Below, piece after piece: positions 29,271-42,424 of a DNA stretch of 64,000 nt. The stretch is from the NCBI GenBank assembly GCA_964016885.1, contig CAXHJY010001592.1:8071-72070 (forward strand). Reading direction: 5' to 3'. Source of the stretch: Eledone cirrhosa (Eukaryota). Position 1 is the first letter of the stretch; each line of letters opens with the position of its first letter. The notes under the pieces were generated by a model that searched no databases, was not told the DNA's origin, and worked only from the letters and a program-made list of their open reading frames with translations. A program made the position numbers and the translations under genes.

Positions 29271-29641
29271 CGTATAAAAAGGAAGTCTATTTATTTATTT
29301 GCATTCCAGCCGAGGGGTTGAGGCCATGCTGGAGCACCGCTGGACGCTAATAACACTAAATAAAATTTGTAATAGTTAAGACTTTTCGTGTTTTCAACTA
29401 ATCTGAACTCCGGTTTACTCGCCATCGACTTTTTCTCCGAAAATAAACTGAAGGTGTGGTATGGAGTTTTTGGGGGGAGATTTTACTGCTATTTCTAGCA
29501 TATTGACTCTATGGCAGGTATTCTTGGTGGTTTATACATTCATATAATTTATTTCTATCTCTGTCTATTCTTCTCTATCTTACTTAATGTCTCCCGTTAT
29601 CTCTTTCTCACTCTCCCTCTCTCCCTCTCTCCCTCTCTCTT

Positions 29642-29672
<31 letters not shown>

Positions 29673-29695
29673 GCACACGCCCACACACGTATATA

Positions 29696-30068
29696 TCTAT
29701 ATATATAAAGTTATAGTTCCTGTCTGTTTGTTTGTTTGTTTGCTCACGAACTCCTCCTATAGTTTTGGAGATAGACACCCATAACCATATATATTCTGAA
29801 ACTACATTGCCCAGGGTACTTGGATAAGTATATTTCATTTAAATAAAAGGGTTCTACGGGGGCACAAACCCCCGCTGAAAATTTTTTCCCGTCGATTTAT
29901 ATGAAATTTAAACCATAGGTAAATGACAAGATATGCAAATTTCAATAATATTAACACACCCTAATGGAGTTTTTCTCCATAAATTATATCACTTATTTAA
30001 AATCAATAATCATTTTCTTACAAAAAAAAAATGTGTGAAACGCAGCAAGGTGCGTGTAATTCGGCTAG
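29696..30068 (+). mobile_element. Non-autonomous Helitron
   Basis: 5' TCTATATATATAAAG followed by (GTTT)n; 3' hairpin acgca-gcaagg-tgcgt followed by CTAG; inserted between A and T. Confidence 0.8.
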
Positions 30069-30143
30069 TATATATATATATATATATATACGTGTGTGGG
30101 AGTGTGTACACACACATACACACACACACACATACACACACAT

Positions 30144-30179
<36 letters not shown>

Positions 30180-30439
30180 GTATATATGGAACAGCCACCC
30201 ACGACATTTTGTTTTCGACCGATCTGACATCCGCCTCACTCGCCAACGATTACTTTTTTCGAAAACGAAGATGGGGAAGCGGGACCCTCGGAGTTAGAGA
30301 TAACCACCTATCAGCCGTTTAAATTTATAGAAAAGCAATCCCTTGTTACTGTAGGATTTCTTTCCTTCATCATTTTGTATTGTTGAGGAAAGTGTTGTAA
30401 ACTTAATCAAGTATTCCCCAATTTCAAAAACTACCATTC

Positions 30440-30985
30440 CAACGAGGAGTGGTTGTGTGAAAGAGCAATCATTGCCATCCAAAACATCACAGTGAATGCC
30501 ATCAACAAAAATCTCACACAAATGATCCCTGAATGTAGCCAGACCTATAAATATCTCAACAGTCTTGAACCATCCGGTATGCTGTCATACAGCCTTGAAT
30601 TGAAGAAATGCACAGTCATCATGCTTCTCAGAAACCAGGATCAGCCATGATTGTGTAATGGGACGCATATGGCCGTGATTGAATTACAGCTTTACATTAT
30701 CGAAAATAAAAGTGGATGTGGTAAGGAAGACATCGTATTTATACCTAGAATGCCACTAATATCAACAGATGTCTTCTTTCGTTTCAAACGATTGCATTTC
30801 CCAGTGAGAGTCGGTTACACAATGACCATTAACAAGTCCCAAGGTCAAACACTGCAGCTTGTCGGTCTCCATCTAAAAGGGCTGTTATTCACAAGGTCAA
30901 TTGTATGTAGGTTGTTCCAGAGTAGGAAGCCCACACAAACCCTTCATATATGCTCCAAAGAAAACAGTTAAAAACATTGTATATA
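30440..30985 (+). pseudogene. Helitron PIF1-type helicase C-terminal fragment
   Basis: MLLRN...LCNGT...VFIPRMPL...FKRLHFPVRVGYTMTINKSQGQTL..VGL, then frameshifted GQLYVGCSRV. Confidence 0.9.
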
Positions 30986-31060
30986 CTGAATTTCAATAAA
31001 TGTTTGCCAATTTTTGTAGAATACATTTTTCTGTTATTATCTTTATTACTTTCTTTTTTT

Positions 31061-31250
31061 GGGCGGTGGATTGGCAGTATCGGTAGAGGGTCGGACGCCA
31101 TGCTTTTCAGCATAGTTACGTCCCTTTACGGACTGAGTTCAAATCCCGCCGAGGTTAACTTTGCCTTTCATCCTTACGGTATCGATAAAATAAAGTACCA
31201 GTAATACACTGGGATAATTGCTGGCCTTGTGCCAAAAGTAGAAACAATTA
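31061..31250 (+). mobile_element. tRNA/Nin-domain SINE, full length, with TSD
   Basis: A and B boxes plus Nin-like domain; ttatctttattactttct on both sides. Confidence 0.9.
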
Positions 31251-31369
31251 TCTTTATTACTTTCTGTATTTAGATATTCTAAATAGATTCTTAAAATTAT
31301 GTTATGCAATATTTAAATACCTTTTTACATATTTTATTCTAAGGAAAATTGACATTACGGCAGATAACA

Positions 31370-31630
31370 ATAGGTGACAGCCAGGCTGAATAGGAAAAAA
31401 CTGTCAAAGTATCGGTCGCTTTCTGATAGGTTTGTAGTTGAACCTGTGGCAGTGGAGACTTACGGCGTTCTTGGCCTCCGGACCACATCCTTGTTCACTG
31501 CTCTCAGAGCAGAGTTGGCAACCCGCCAGTGCGAGCTCCGCGAGGTGGAGTAGCTGGTCCAGCGCGTCTTCCTTGCTGTCTTCCAGGGCAATGTCCTGGG
31601 CCGGAACTACGAGGAGGACTGACTTTTAAG
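31370..31630 (+). pseudogene. C-terminal fragment of a CRE-type RLE non-LTR retrotransposon
   Basis: KYRSLSDRFVVEPVAVETYGVLG...REVE*LVQRVFLAVFQGN matches the KY...P.AVET.G...QR.S.AVQRGN pattern. Confidence 0.7.
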
Positions 31631-31965
31631 TTTCATTTATCGTGGTGGCATGTGGAATAGATTTACTTCTATAAGCATGAGTTGGTTGAGAAACGAAATA
31701 AGTATCAATTCAGGTTTATATTTTTTCTGATTTTTTAAACAACGAATATCTATTGCTGTAAATTAAAAATATATTACCGAAAGTTTCTTTTTTGTCTCTG
31801 TGGAAGGAAGAAAATGTTTTATTTCACGTATGGATGTGCGTACTTGAGTGTATGTGTGAAAATGTATATGTATGTGAGTGTATACTTATGTATGTGTGTG
31901 TAGGAGGTTTAATAGATTAAAAGATATATTTCATTAAAAGAATGCGTATATGATTTTGGTGTGGT

Positions 31966-32006
<41 letters not shown>

Positions 32007-32226
32007 CACCATCATCTTATATATGTGTGTATGTGAGTGTGTGTGTATGTGTGTGTGTATGTGTAAGGTGGGATGAAGAATGATGTCTTTATACAATCTG
32101 GAGAGAAAAGAATCGTTTAATAAAAATTATAGATTAGAAAATAAAAGATTTTTGGTGTACATAAATGTAGACATATTGTTGACATATTGAAAGGAGGCGC
32201 ATTCGAGTACTATATATATGTATCAG

Positions 32227-32276
<50 letters not shown>

Positions 32277-32282
32277 CACACA

Positions 32283-32349
<67 letters not shown>

Positions 32350-32775
32350 GATAGCGGGGGCATATCCAGGTTATGCTGTTAAAAACGGAATTGCGCTTGG
32401 TGGAGCATATTTCTGAGACGGAGAAAAATCGTCAGCTTAAGAATACTCTCCATTAGCCATTACTACACAGAGGTATTGAAAAAATGTAGAAATATTTCCA
32501 TCCCGTGTGTTACATTGACTATCGCTAGGTGTCTAATGTGGCCTCTGATTGTGTGGCTTGGCGTCACAAGATCCACCAGCCAGTTTCTTCGTTTGAAATT
32601 GCTCAGAGGACTGTTACCGAGAACAAAGGGAGACAGGGGAATATGCGTGGTTCAACATCATCGAACCCAGAACATAATTTTCCTTACAACCACAAACACT
32701 GGGTTTGTCGCAGCGGGCCTGAAATATATCCCTATGCTTTCTGGTTGTCTGCTCAATACAGCGCTTGACAATTTC
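32350..32775 (+). mobile_element. Degenerate RTE/BovB-like 3' fragment
   Basis: Remnants such as MLLKTELRLVEHI and VASDCVAWRHKIHQPVSSFE. Confidence 0.55.
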
Positions 32776-32784
32776 GGTCTACAT

Positions 32785-33075
32785 CAGGTATGGGCAACCT
32801 TTTTCGAGAAGGGGGCCGCATGAAATATGGCTCATCATCAGGCGGGCTGCAAGCGCTAATTTACATTTATGCCCACATTAGGAAATTAGGGCGGTAACTC
32901 AGGTTATTTTGATTTGTTTCTTCAGAATTCGTACACGTTGTTTTCCTCGATCGTGAAAATGAGAGAAAGATAAATTACGACTGAAAAGCTGGGGTAAAAA
33001 AATCAGAAAGATTTCACTAGGTGACTGAGGCGAACGATTCAGAAAGCTTCGCGGATCGCAGGTTGCCCATGACTT
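32785..33075. mobile_element. hAT (Charlie-type) MITE
   Basis: TIRs caggtatgggcaacct / aggttgcccatgact. Confidence 0.7.
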
Positions 33076-33714
33076 ATCTGGCTTTTTATACCAGGCATAC
33101 TTTTAAAAAGACGTCCACATAAAGTGCACGTTAGGTTTTGTACAGCTAAGTATATACATACATATTATGTATGTAGATAGATACGTATGTACAATTTTCA
33201 CGTGTGTATGTATATACGTACATACTACTTATGTACATATGTGTATATGCATGTACATGTGTGTACGTACATACTACGTTTGCTTAAAATATGTTTGTGT
33301 ATATATACATACTACATATGGATGTATCTATGCATGTAATTAGATAATTAAATTAATCACATAAATTGATTACACGGCACATTCTTCTTCTGATGTTGAG
33401 AACGACGTAGACATACATATATAGCAACGCCCCATGCCTTGTCGCCCTCTTCAACAATTAAAGGATCTTATCCTGAAAGTTCGCCAACATTGCAGTATAC
33501 AATATGTAAATAATTGAAAACCTTTGCCTTTATTTCCTTCTGTTTCTATTTTCTTTTTTCAATTTCTTTCATCTTCGTTTTTTTTCTTCCTCACTCTCTT
33601 TTTTGTTATCTCCATCTTCATCTCCCATCTTAATCCAGCATCTTCCACCCTCAACTCAGCATCTCTCACCCTCCATCTAGCATCCATCATACCCCACCCT
33701 TCATCTCACACAGT

Positions 33715-33790
33715 CTTCTTCTTCTTCTTCTTCTTCTTCTTCTTCTTCTTCTTCTTCTTCTTCTTCTTCTTCTTCTTCTTCTTCTTCTTT
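33715..33790. repeat. (CTT)n microsatellite
   Basis: Direct inspection. Confidence 0.95.
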
Positions 33791-34261
33791 AAAATGTTTC
33801 TAAATAATTAAAATAATATCAAAGTAACATGGAACATTGCCCAATAACTGATAAACATTATATTTCTTTATTTTACCATTTAGTCAGCGAATATAGGACA
33901 GCACCCCGTGATCCTTTATTGTTTTAGTGTCTTCGAGACTAGTGAGATGAAGGGAGGAAGTTATCCTCAAATCGGACACCTGACCTAAATACTTGCAACT
34001 TAATTATTTCCGTTAAAAGTACTCAAGGACCGGGTGTTGATATTAATCCCAGGGACGTATTAAGTTCAACACCAAAGAATTAAGGTTATAGGGAACTGGA
34101 ACAATTACCGCAAGGTATTTCAACCAAGTGTCTAAAATTTCCGGTTAATCTAATAATTGTGAAAGGATGAACAACTAAGTCAACTTCAGCAGGATTTGAA
34201 ATCAGAACATAATGCAAGCCATTTGTCTGACACTAATGAATCAGTCAATTCACCACCCTAT

Positions 34262-34447
34262 ATAATTGTTTCTACTTTTGGCACAAGGCCAGCAATCACA
34301 CCAGTGCATTACTGGTACTTTATTTTATCGTAAGGGTGAAAAGCAAAGTAAACCTCGGCGTGATTTGAACTCAGAACGTAAAGGGCCATGACTCTATGCT
34401 GCAAAGCATGGTGTCTGACGCTCTACCGATACTGCCAATCCCCCGCA
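34262..34447 (-). mobile_element. tRNA/Nin-domain SINE (older degenerate copies at 34160-34260, 34490-34550 and 35090-35220)
   Basis: Matches the SINE consensus. Confidence 0.85.
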
Positions 34448-34639
34448 CTATATGATTTCCAGTCATCTTCCGTCCATGACTGCTACTTTAATTCATCAAC
34501 CTCTGGAAGGATGAAAGACAAAGTCAGGTTCAGTGGCATTCGAACGCAGGACATATAGAACTATAACTAAATACACAATGTTCTGACATAGACACAAGAC
34601 ACCAATTATTTTCTTTTAAGGGAGGTAGGGGTGAAAATA

Positions 34640-34970
34640 CGAGGGTCGGTTGAAAATTTCATAGGCTGACCAAGATACTCTCATGGAATGACCAAATGAG
34701 ATTTATTTTCCAACATAGTCCCTGGAAAGAAACAATGCAGTTATTAATAAGAAGAGTTGAAATTAATACATGCAAGATTTCACAGCTCTAGCATCACTCC
34801 TTTATAGCCTGACCAAGATATTCTCATGGAATGACCAAATGAGGTTTATTTTCCAACATAGACTCGGAAAAGAAACAATGCAGTTATTAAAAAGAAAAGT
34901 TGAAATTAATGCAAGATTTCACAGCTCTAGTCCTTCATAGTCAGCCTATGAACCTTTCAGCCAACCCTCG
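34640..34970. mobile_element. Mariner-type MITE with an internal ~140-bp duplication
   Basis: TA-cgagggtcggttgaaaatttcataggctgac ... gtcagcctatgaacctttcagccaaccctcg. Confidence 0.8.
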
Positions 34971-35994
34971 TGCATCCTCCTAGTACTCAACTGGAACTTT
35001 ATTTAATTGATCACAGTAACATGGAAGGCACAATTGATCTTAGTGAAGTTCAAACTTAAAACATAAAGAGCCGGAATTATGGTTTATTACATAGATACAA
35101 GGACAGGAATTTAGTAGGAGGGGTTAATCAATGAAACTAACCCTAGTACTTTATTTGATCGACCATCGAAAAGACAAGGTTGATCTCGGTGAGATTTGAA
35201 CTCAGACAGTAAAGAGCTGGTATTTTGCAAGGTATTTTGCCCGTCACTCTATCGATTTTACCAATTAACTGTTCAATAGCAATGTCATAAATATATATTA
35301 TATGGGAAGACAGTGATATGACTTTGTTGAGCGCCACCTCTGGTCTCCTCATTAAAAGTCAATGTGGTCGTTGTTGTTGTTGTTGTTGTTGTTGTTACTG
35401 TTGTCTGTGTAGAAACAATAGGTACAAAGAGCTGAGTGACTCTGGTTTAGTTAGTATTAGCTAACATAAAGACACTAGCTGTCAGCTAAAATGTCACGTT
35501 GTCATTGGAAACACGTCCCAGCCTGTTGTAGCCGTTACTGTTATTGTTGTTGTTGTGGTTGCTGCTGCTCTTGTTATTTAGGCCCAGGTCAACGCCGAGT
35601 GAGTAGACCTATGATCAAAGTCATTCAATATATGACAAAGCTGGGTCTTCGAATTACAAGCAGAACCCATCCAACAGAATGTTTCCAGTCACATTCCGTC
35701 TTCTCAATTTCACTCACAAACATTGGGATGGCCGATGTAGCGGGTGTCTCTGGCCATTCTTCATGGTAATGTTTTTACCGCTTTATCTGCGGGACGTAAT
35801 TGTGGCACCGCTCAGATTGGGGTGTAGTGACTGCCCTTCCCTCTCATTTTCTTTCAAGGCTTAATTCTTCTTTCCTTTTTTCCTTTTCTCTTTTTCATTG
35901 TCTTTTTTCATTTTTCATTTTTGTTCCCTTTAATAGTTTATTTTGTTTTTCTAAGATACTGCACAACATGTACCTGTACTTTACAATAATTAAT

Positions 35995-36210
35995 GATTTC
36001 TGATTTAGGTATAAGGCCGACAATTTTTGGGGAGGGGAAAGTCGATGAAATCGACCCCAGTACATTACTAGTACTTTATTTTATCTACCCCGTAAGGATG
36101 AAAGGCAAAGTCAACCTCGGCAGAATTTGAACTCAGAACGCAAAGGGCCATAACTCTATGTCGCTAGGCATGGTGTCCGATGTTCTACCGATGCTGTCAA
36201 TCCACCGCCC
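35995..36210 (-). mobile_element. tRNA/Nin-domain SINE, long-tail variant
   Basis: SINE consensus with a ggggaggggaaagtcgat tail. Confidence 0.85.
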
Positions 36211-36645
36211 TGTACTTTACATTAATTAATAAATTAATTTATTATTTAAAGTAAAAAGGATTGGGATGAGTCAAGGCTATGATAAATAACATTTACTCAA
36301 GATGCCACACAGTGAGATTGAACCACGGACCTTATGGTTGTGAAGCGAGCATCTTAACTATTTGGACATGATGTGTCTAGATGTAAATATGACAATGGTG
36401 AAACATTATTAGTCTATCTGTGTGTTTCTTTTCCGTTATATTATTATATATTTCAATGATTAAGGTCAGAACAGCATTAAATTGCAGATTTATTAATCTC
36501 ATTATGAAAGGAGCATTATAATTAGTGAAAAAAGGTATTAATTAAACCGCGTTATACAGACAACCAATATTTTAAGCTTTTGTTTCGTACAACAAATCTG
36601 GGGATAGCTCTTAATTCATAAAATATTATATAACTTAATTCCACA

Positions 36646-36686
<41 letters not shown>

Positions 36687-36743
36687 AAGAGAGAGATAGA
36701 TAGATGTATATGTGTGTGTATGTATGTATATATTCAATTAGTT

Positions 36744-36800
<57 letters not shown>

Positions 36801-36838
36801 GAAATATAAGAATCAAAGAACTGTTCAAAACATTATTG

Positions 36839-36885
36839 TGCTTACAGCTGTTTCCTCCAAACCGAGGTTTGGATTCTTCGGAGCA
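36839..36885 (-). ncRNA. Hammerhead variant (CCGAAGA core) in the PLE tail
   Basis: Reverse complement of 41781-41827. Confidence 0.65.
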
Positions 36886-38328
36886 ATTTATTAATGCATG
36901 GACAGTTATATGACCTCCTTTTCAGCCGAGAGACATACCAATACATATTCAAACATTGATACATATTCAAACATTGTGGGTCAACATTCATTACAAAATT
37001 TAGAGTGGCAGTACACACTTCGAGATTACATTTATATTAATAGGTACAATCAAAAATCAAAGATATAGGTTAAAGTACAACATGAAGATAAGTGGTTATA
37101 TAGTGCAAATGTTATATGTGTGGCACGCATGTGCGTCTTGTTTATATAGTGTGGCAGAGAGATATGTGTGGTAGAGGCACTTAGGTAGGTAAATAAGAGT
37201 GTTAGGTTGGTAGATCTGGTGGCAAAGTCTTTATATGATTGATGTAGTCTGTGTGTGGAGAAATATTATAAGCATTAAAGATAGTGCAAGCATTAAAAGT
37301 GTTATAAGTATTGGAGATGCACAACGCAGGGATGTCAAGTAATTCATGTACTTCGGCATTTTCATGGTCAAGGGAGTGTATATTTCGATTATATGCCTTT
37401 CACATAATCCACGACAATCCAGTTAGAGATCGTAGTCTGGTGTTCTTTAGTTCGATACAGGAGGTTGTTACGTTTCGAGAGACGCCATTGAATACCGGAA
37501 GTGTGTGTGTGGCTAAGGGGAGTTAATGCATGCGGGGAGGTAACTCTGGGGTTTCTATATCTAGCCATTAAAATGTGTCCCAATATGGACCCTAAATTCT
37601 ATGGTGAGGTGCACCTTCCAAGAGAGACTTTTAAAGCATAAAGTGTACTAACTATAGAGTAGTTTAACTAAATTATGCTGAAGGTGATCATATTATTATT
37701 AAGGTGGATTAACCCATCTTAAGGTGCTACAAATGGAAATTATAGATGATGAGCGAGGATTCTAAATTAATGATCTCTGTGGTTGTAGTCTGCTCATATG
37801 ACCAGGCGCGGTGATTGCAGGATTGCTTCAGGACCCAATGATCTCTGGTAAGATCTGGGTCATCGCTTGCTACATTGGATGTCGAAAGATAATCGTCCCC
37901 AGGCAGGCCAAAGGTCAATCCGCAGTCCTCGCGACCCCTCTCTGACCGTCAGATCATCCATATACGTACAACCCGCACGGCAGTTGCATTGCATTCACTC
38001 ACTGCGCTCAGCAGCCCGGTCCTACTGGTCAACAGCGCTACTCGATTAAATCATTTTACATCTGTCTAAGGAAGGTGTTTCCTCTGCCCAACACCATCCA
38101 ACCGATCAATTCATGCTCAAATTACCCTTAGAGCGGTGTAGTGCCGTCCAGGTGGGTGGATGTTGTCACACCTGCCGTAGAGGTATAAATGGGTATTTTC
38201 CCTGCGAAGGGTTCCAGAGGGATGTCGTTGTTTGTGTTATAATGGATCAGCTAGTGTTGGGTATGTAGTATAGGGTGTGTCTCTGGTGTTTGATGCTAGA
38301 TGTGGTGTTAGGTTCCAGTCCGACATTG

Positions 38329-40680
38329 CTATATATAGGGCTTAAAGTTTTGGAAGGAATGTCTGAGGCGGTGTTGGCAAGTTGCAAACACCTCCGATTT
38401 TTTGTTAAGTAGGTTACGGTTGGAGAAGATAATATTGTGTGTCTCTAGTATACAGAGGTTACAGAATTTATTAGGTGGTTTGTACGAGGTCGCGCTGCCT
38501 ATCACTTCCCATTTGAGTGTGTATGGTTTATTTTTAGATTTTAGATAGTGTATGTAGCTAGAAAGTGAGGTGGAGTTGGCTAGGCTGTGCTTTTTGAACG
38601 AGTGGATGTGCGAGTTATATCTAATTTTGAAGCAGTTAGAAGTGGAGCCTACATAGGTTTCTGAAGAGTTATTAGTCGTGACTGTGCATGAGTATATGAC
38701 ATCCTTGGTTAGGCATTTTTTATCTAAAGGGCAGGTTCTATTAGCTCTACAGTTACAATTATTCTGTGCGTTAGTCCGCTGGTTATAATGCAATGCGGAA
38801 GTCTGTGTGGTGGATATAGGATTTTGGGTGTTCAGGTTGACAACCCTGGTGTTATTACTTATACTAGTGTTATTTCTATTGTTACTGCCGTTGCTATTGT
38901 TGCTTGCTACAGTGGTATTTAGAGGGTTTGCATCCCGTTGTGATTTTGTTTGTTGGAAGTAAGAACTAATTTTACTATTATTGCTGCTAGCTATGTGGTA
39001 TGCTAAGTTAGGCGTCGTAGAGTATGAGATTTTAATGGTGTTTTTGTTTAAGAGGTTGTGGTACTTGTGTCCTAGAGGGAAGTTTTTATCTAGTAGTGAG
39101 AAGAAAGCCCTAGGTATGTTGGTGGAGACATTTAGGTTGAAAGGAGGGTTGAAAAATGTATTATTTCTTCTTCTATTTTTGCTTTTAGTGTTTGGTGTGT
39201 TGCTTCCTCCTAAGGCCTCACAGTAGTTTCCATGGTAATGGTTACTTCCGGTGGCACCCTCCGCTTTGGTGTACTTGTGGTTGCTATTCCTATTATTAGA
39301 TTTCCTCATGGACATGTTGTGCGAGATGATGTTGTAGCTATGTGTTTTCTTAGGTAGGAACTCTATTTCTATATTATGGCCGGAGCTAGCTAATGCTTGA
39401 TTGTAATATTGTGAGTTTTTGCTAAATATGTTTGCGTCATAGGACAGACTAGAGATTCTATTGGACACCCCCTTAGAGATAGAGTTTAATATTGATCTAG
39501 GGTGATTAGACTTGGTATCTACGTAAATAAGTTTCTCATTAGGCTTATGGAAAGGTGTATATATTTTTGAGTCTAGGTATAGTGTGGCGTCAAGGAAGTT
39601 AACATTTTTAGTGTTTTTGTCCATGGTGATACTAAGGTTAAAGTTTTTGAATGTCTTATGCAGTTGTTTTCTAGTTCTTTCTATATTAAATTTTTTATAT
39701 TCTATGAGTAGAAGTGCATCATCGCGGTACAAACCACCGTTGAGGTAAGGGAGGTCTTTATGGATTTCATTGAGGAGGTATAGGCCGACCAAATCAGTGA
39801 CCTGCGCCGAGTCACTAGATCCCATGGTTATGTCGAAGTTGTTGTGCGTATCCTTGCGTGTCCATAGTTGGTCCTCGAAGGTGATTATGGTTTTACGGGC
39901 CGCAAGGATGACATCAACCTGGGCTCTAGTCAGGTCGCTATTGGTCATGGCCATGATAAGTGCCTTATTTAATAGGATAGGGGAAATAGAGGTGTAGTAT
40001 GAATTGATATCAAATTGAATAAATTTTTTGTTCTTATTATTCTTGATATCCTTAAACCATTCAATTACTTCACCCGTATTTCCCCATTGTTTAAGGTGTA
40101 TCTTGTGTTTAATTTGTGGGATGATTTTATCCAAAATCTTCTTGCTGATAATACCAATGTCGGACTTGGAAGGGCAGATAAGTCTTATCGTGGGGTTGCT
40201 GATGAAGTTCTCCTTATGGTCCTTCAGAGAGAATCTAGGGGGGTTCGGAGTGAAAGGTTGTGTATGCCTCTGTAGTCCTAGTTTAGACACTATATTATAA
40301 CCCTCTACATTAATATCTTCTAAGTTTTTCAAGGTGGTTTTTTTGTAGCTTTTATGTAGTTCATTATATATAAACTTTCTATAAGTAATATAATCTAGGC
40401 TGTATATGTTATTAGTTTTATCTGCGTGTACAATAATTTTATTACTAGTTTTGAATCCACTAATAGAAGTGTTAAGTTTGTTTAAGAAGGTGTTGCTTCT
40501 AATATGGTGCTTATTGTATTTAATGTTCTTAACTAGTTTAACTAGGTCATTTTCAAAGGAGTTAATTAGAGTGTTATGAGGGGGGCTTTTAAAGGTTTTA
40601 AAGCCGAAGGAGTCAAAATTGTTAGTATTATTCAAGTTGTTAGATTTGTTTCTATCATAATGGAATGTCCTCCATCTCAC
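38329..40680 (-). CDS. Penelope-like reverse transcriptase + C-terminal GIY-YIG endonuclease (783 aa, N-terminally truncated)
   Basis: ADKTNNIY, LKDHKENF...IRLICP, FIQFDINSYYTSI, TMGS, LYRDD, VNFLD, SNHP; CNC...CPLDKKC...VIY...YVGST...RYNSH; CNLCILE...LN..SE. No internal stops; GTG start only ~14 nt from the inversion junction. Confidence 0.95.
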   Translation of the reverse strand: MRWRTFHYDRNKSNNLNNTNNFDSFGFKTFKSPPHNTLINSFENDLVKLVKNIKYNKHHIRSNTFLNKLNTSISGFKTSNKIIVHADKTNNIYSLDYITYRKFIYNELHKSYKKTTLKNLEDINVEGYNIVSKLGLQRHTQPFTPNPPRFSLKDHKENFISNPTIRLICPSKSDIGIISKKILDKIIPQIKHKIHLKQWGNTGEVIEWFKDIKNNKNKKFIQFDINSYYTSISPILLNKALIMAMTNSDLTRAQVDVILAARKTIITFEDQLWTRKDTHNNFDITMGSSDSAQVTDLVGLYLLNEIHKDLPYLNGGLYRDDALLLIEYKKFNIERTRKQLHKTFKNFNLSITMDKNTKNVNFLDATLYLDSKIYTPFHKPNEKLIYVDTKSNHPRSILNSISKGVSNRISSLSYDANIFSKNSQYYNQALASSGHNIEIEFLPKKTHSYNIISHNMSMRKSNNRNSNHKYTKAEGATGSNHYHGNYCEALGGSNTPNTKSKNRRRNNTFFNPPFNLNVSTNIPRAFFSLLDKNFPLGHKYHNLLNKNTIKISYSTTPNLAYHIASSNNSKISSYFQQTKSQRDANPLNTTVASNNSNGSNNRNNTSISNNTRVVNLNTQNPISTTQTSALHYNQRTNAQNNCNCRANRTCPLDKKCLTKDVIYSCTVTTNNSSETYVGSTSNCFKIRYNSHIHSFKKHSLANSTSLSSYIHYLKSKNKPYTLKWEVIGSATSYKPPNKFCNLCILETHNIIFSNRNLLNKKSEVFATCQHRLRHSFQNFKPYI

Positions 40681-41780
40681 TCTATTGATAAATGTTGTAC
40701 GTATATGGATGATCTGACGGTCAGAGAGGGGTCGCGAGGACTGCGGATTGACCTTTGGCCTGCCTGGGGACGATTATCTTTCGACATCCAATGTAGCAAG
40801 CGATGACCCAGATCTTACCAGAGATCATTGGGTCCTGAAGCAATCCTGCAATCACCGCGCCTGGTCATATGAGCAGACTACAACCACAGAGATCATTAAT
40901 TTAGAATCCTCGCTCATCATCTATAATTTCCATTTGTAGCACCTTAAGATGGGTTAATCCACCTTAATAATAATATGATCACCTTCAGCATAATTTAGTT
41001 AAACTACTCTATAGTTAGTACACTTTATGCTTTAAAAGTCTCTCTTGGAAGGTGCACCTCACCATAGAATTTAGGGTCCATATTGGGACACATTTTAATG
41101 GCTAGATATAGAAACCCCAGAGTTACCTCCCCGCATGCATTAACTCCCCTTAGCCACACACACACTTCCGGTATTCAATGGCGTCTCTCGAAACGTAACA
41201 ACCTCCTGTATCGAACTAAAGAACACCAGACTACGATCTCTAACTGGATTGTCGTGGATTATGTGAAAGGCATATAATCGAAATATACACTCCCTTGACC
41301 ATGAAAATGCCGAAGTACATGAATTACTTGACATCCCTGCGTTGTGCATCTCCAATACTTATAACACTTTTAATGCTTGCACTATCTTTAATGCTTATAA
41401 TATTTCTCCACACACAGACTACATCAATCATATAAAGACTTTGCCACCAGATCTACCAACCTAACACTCTTATTTACCTACCTAAGTGCCTCTACCACAC
41501 ATATCTCTCTGCCACACTATATAAACAAGACGCACATGCGTGCCACACATATAACATTTGCACTATATAACCACTTATCTTCATGTTGTACTTTAACCTA
41601 TATCTTTGATTTTTGATTGTACCTATTAATATAAATGTAATCTCGAAGTGTGTACTGCCACTCTAAATTTTGTAATGAATGTTGACCCACAATGTTTGAA
41701 TATGTATCAATGTTTGAATATGTATTGGTATGTCTCTCGGCTGAAAAGGAGGTCATATAACTGTCCATGCATTAATAAAT

Positions 41781-41827
41781 TGCTCCGAAGAATCCAAACC
41801 TCGGTTTGGAGGAAACAGCTGTAAGCA
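41781..41827 (+). ncRNA. Hammerhead variant (CCGAAGA core) in the PLE tail
   Basis: tgct-CCGAAGA-atccaaacc tc ggtttggag-GAAA-CAGCTG-TA-agca; palindromic CAGCTG at stem III. Confidence 0.65.
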
Positions 41828-42345
41828 CAATAATGTTTTGAACAGTTCTTTGATTCTTATATTTCATATAACTGCTCTGTAAATCATCTGATGTTTTTAC
41901 ATTGAGCTACTTAACTTACTGGTAATAAGGTAGTAATACATTACTGCCTACCACTATTTAGGGTGTGTGTAAAATACTTACAACTGCTTAAGGTTTTGTG
42001 TTTACATAACCATAAATAGTATAACTAATACTATATATATATATAAACTAATTATCCATATTAAAAAAATTGTTTATAAGCCATAAATAAAAACGTACTT
42101 CCTCATCCGTTTTTACATGTCGTGGTCTTTGCCTATCAAGATCTCACGTTCAATCAACTACTACAACATCAAAAAACTATGTAGCCAAACCACAGTTGCC
42201 GTAATATGTGATTGAAAGCAACGATGCTTAATTTCATCAAATGCTTGCTAAAAAAAAAGACAACATATCGTTACCATATTTCTAATAAAAGATTCTGCCA
42301 ATGGTTTTCAATTCATTTTGAAAATAATCAATACTTTAGAGTGAT

Positions 42346-42424
<79 letters not shown>

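Larger units (their letters stand above)
36796..42035 (-). mobile_element. Penelope-like retroelement with ~1.18-kb terminal inverted arms (36796-37972 and 40694-41870)
   Basis: Arms appear to be exact reverse complements (they give identical paired ORF calls). RT-EN ORF lies between them. HHR near each outer end. (TA)n flanks. Confidence 0.95.

Noticed and set aside
31061-31150. tRNA gene calls for SINE heads
   Set aside because: A/B boxes continue into the SINE body and no complete cloverleaf is evident.
35680-35840. Possible host exon with splice-like signals
   Set aside because: Minus-strand frames contain stops, and plus-strand readings match nothing recognisable.
37311-38049. Short ORFs in the PLE tail as a possible second gene
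   Set aside because: All are under 80 aa, lie on both strands and have no motif; their duplication simply reflects the inverted arm.
36796-41870. DNA transposon, Polinton or DIRS interpretation of the long terminal inverted repeats
   Set aside because: The only ORF is PLE RT + GIY-YIG, and the right arm is an inverted copy of the 3' tail that truncates the ORF's 5' end.
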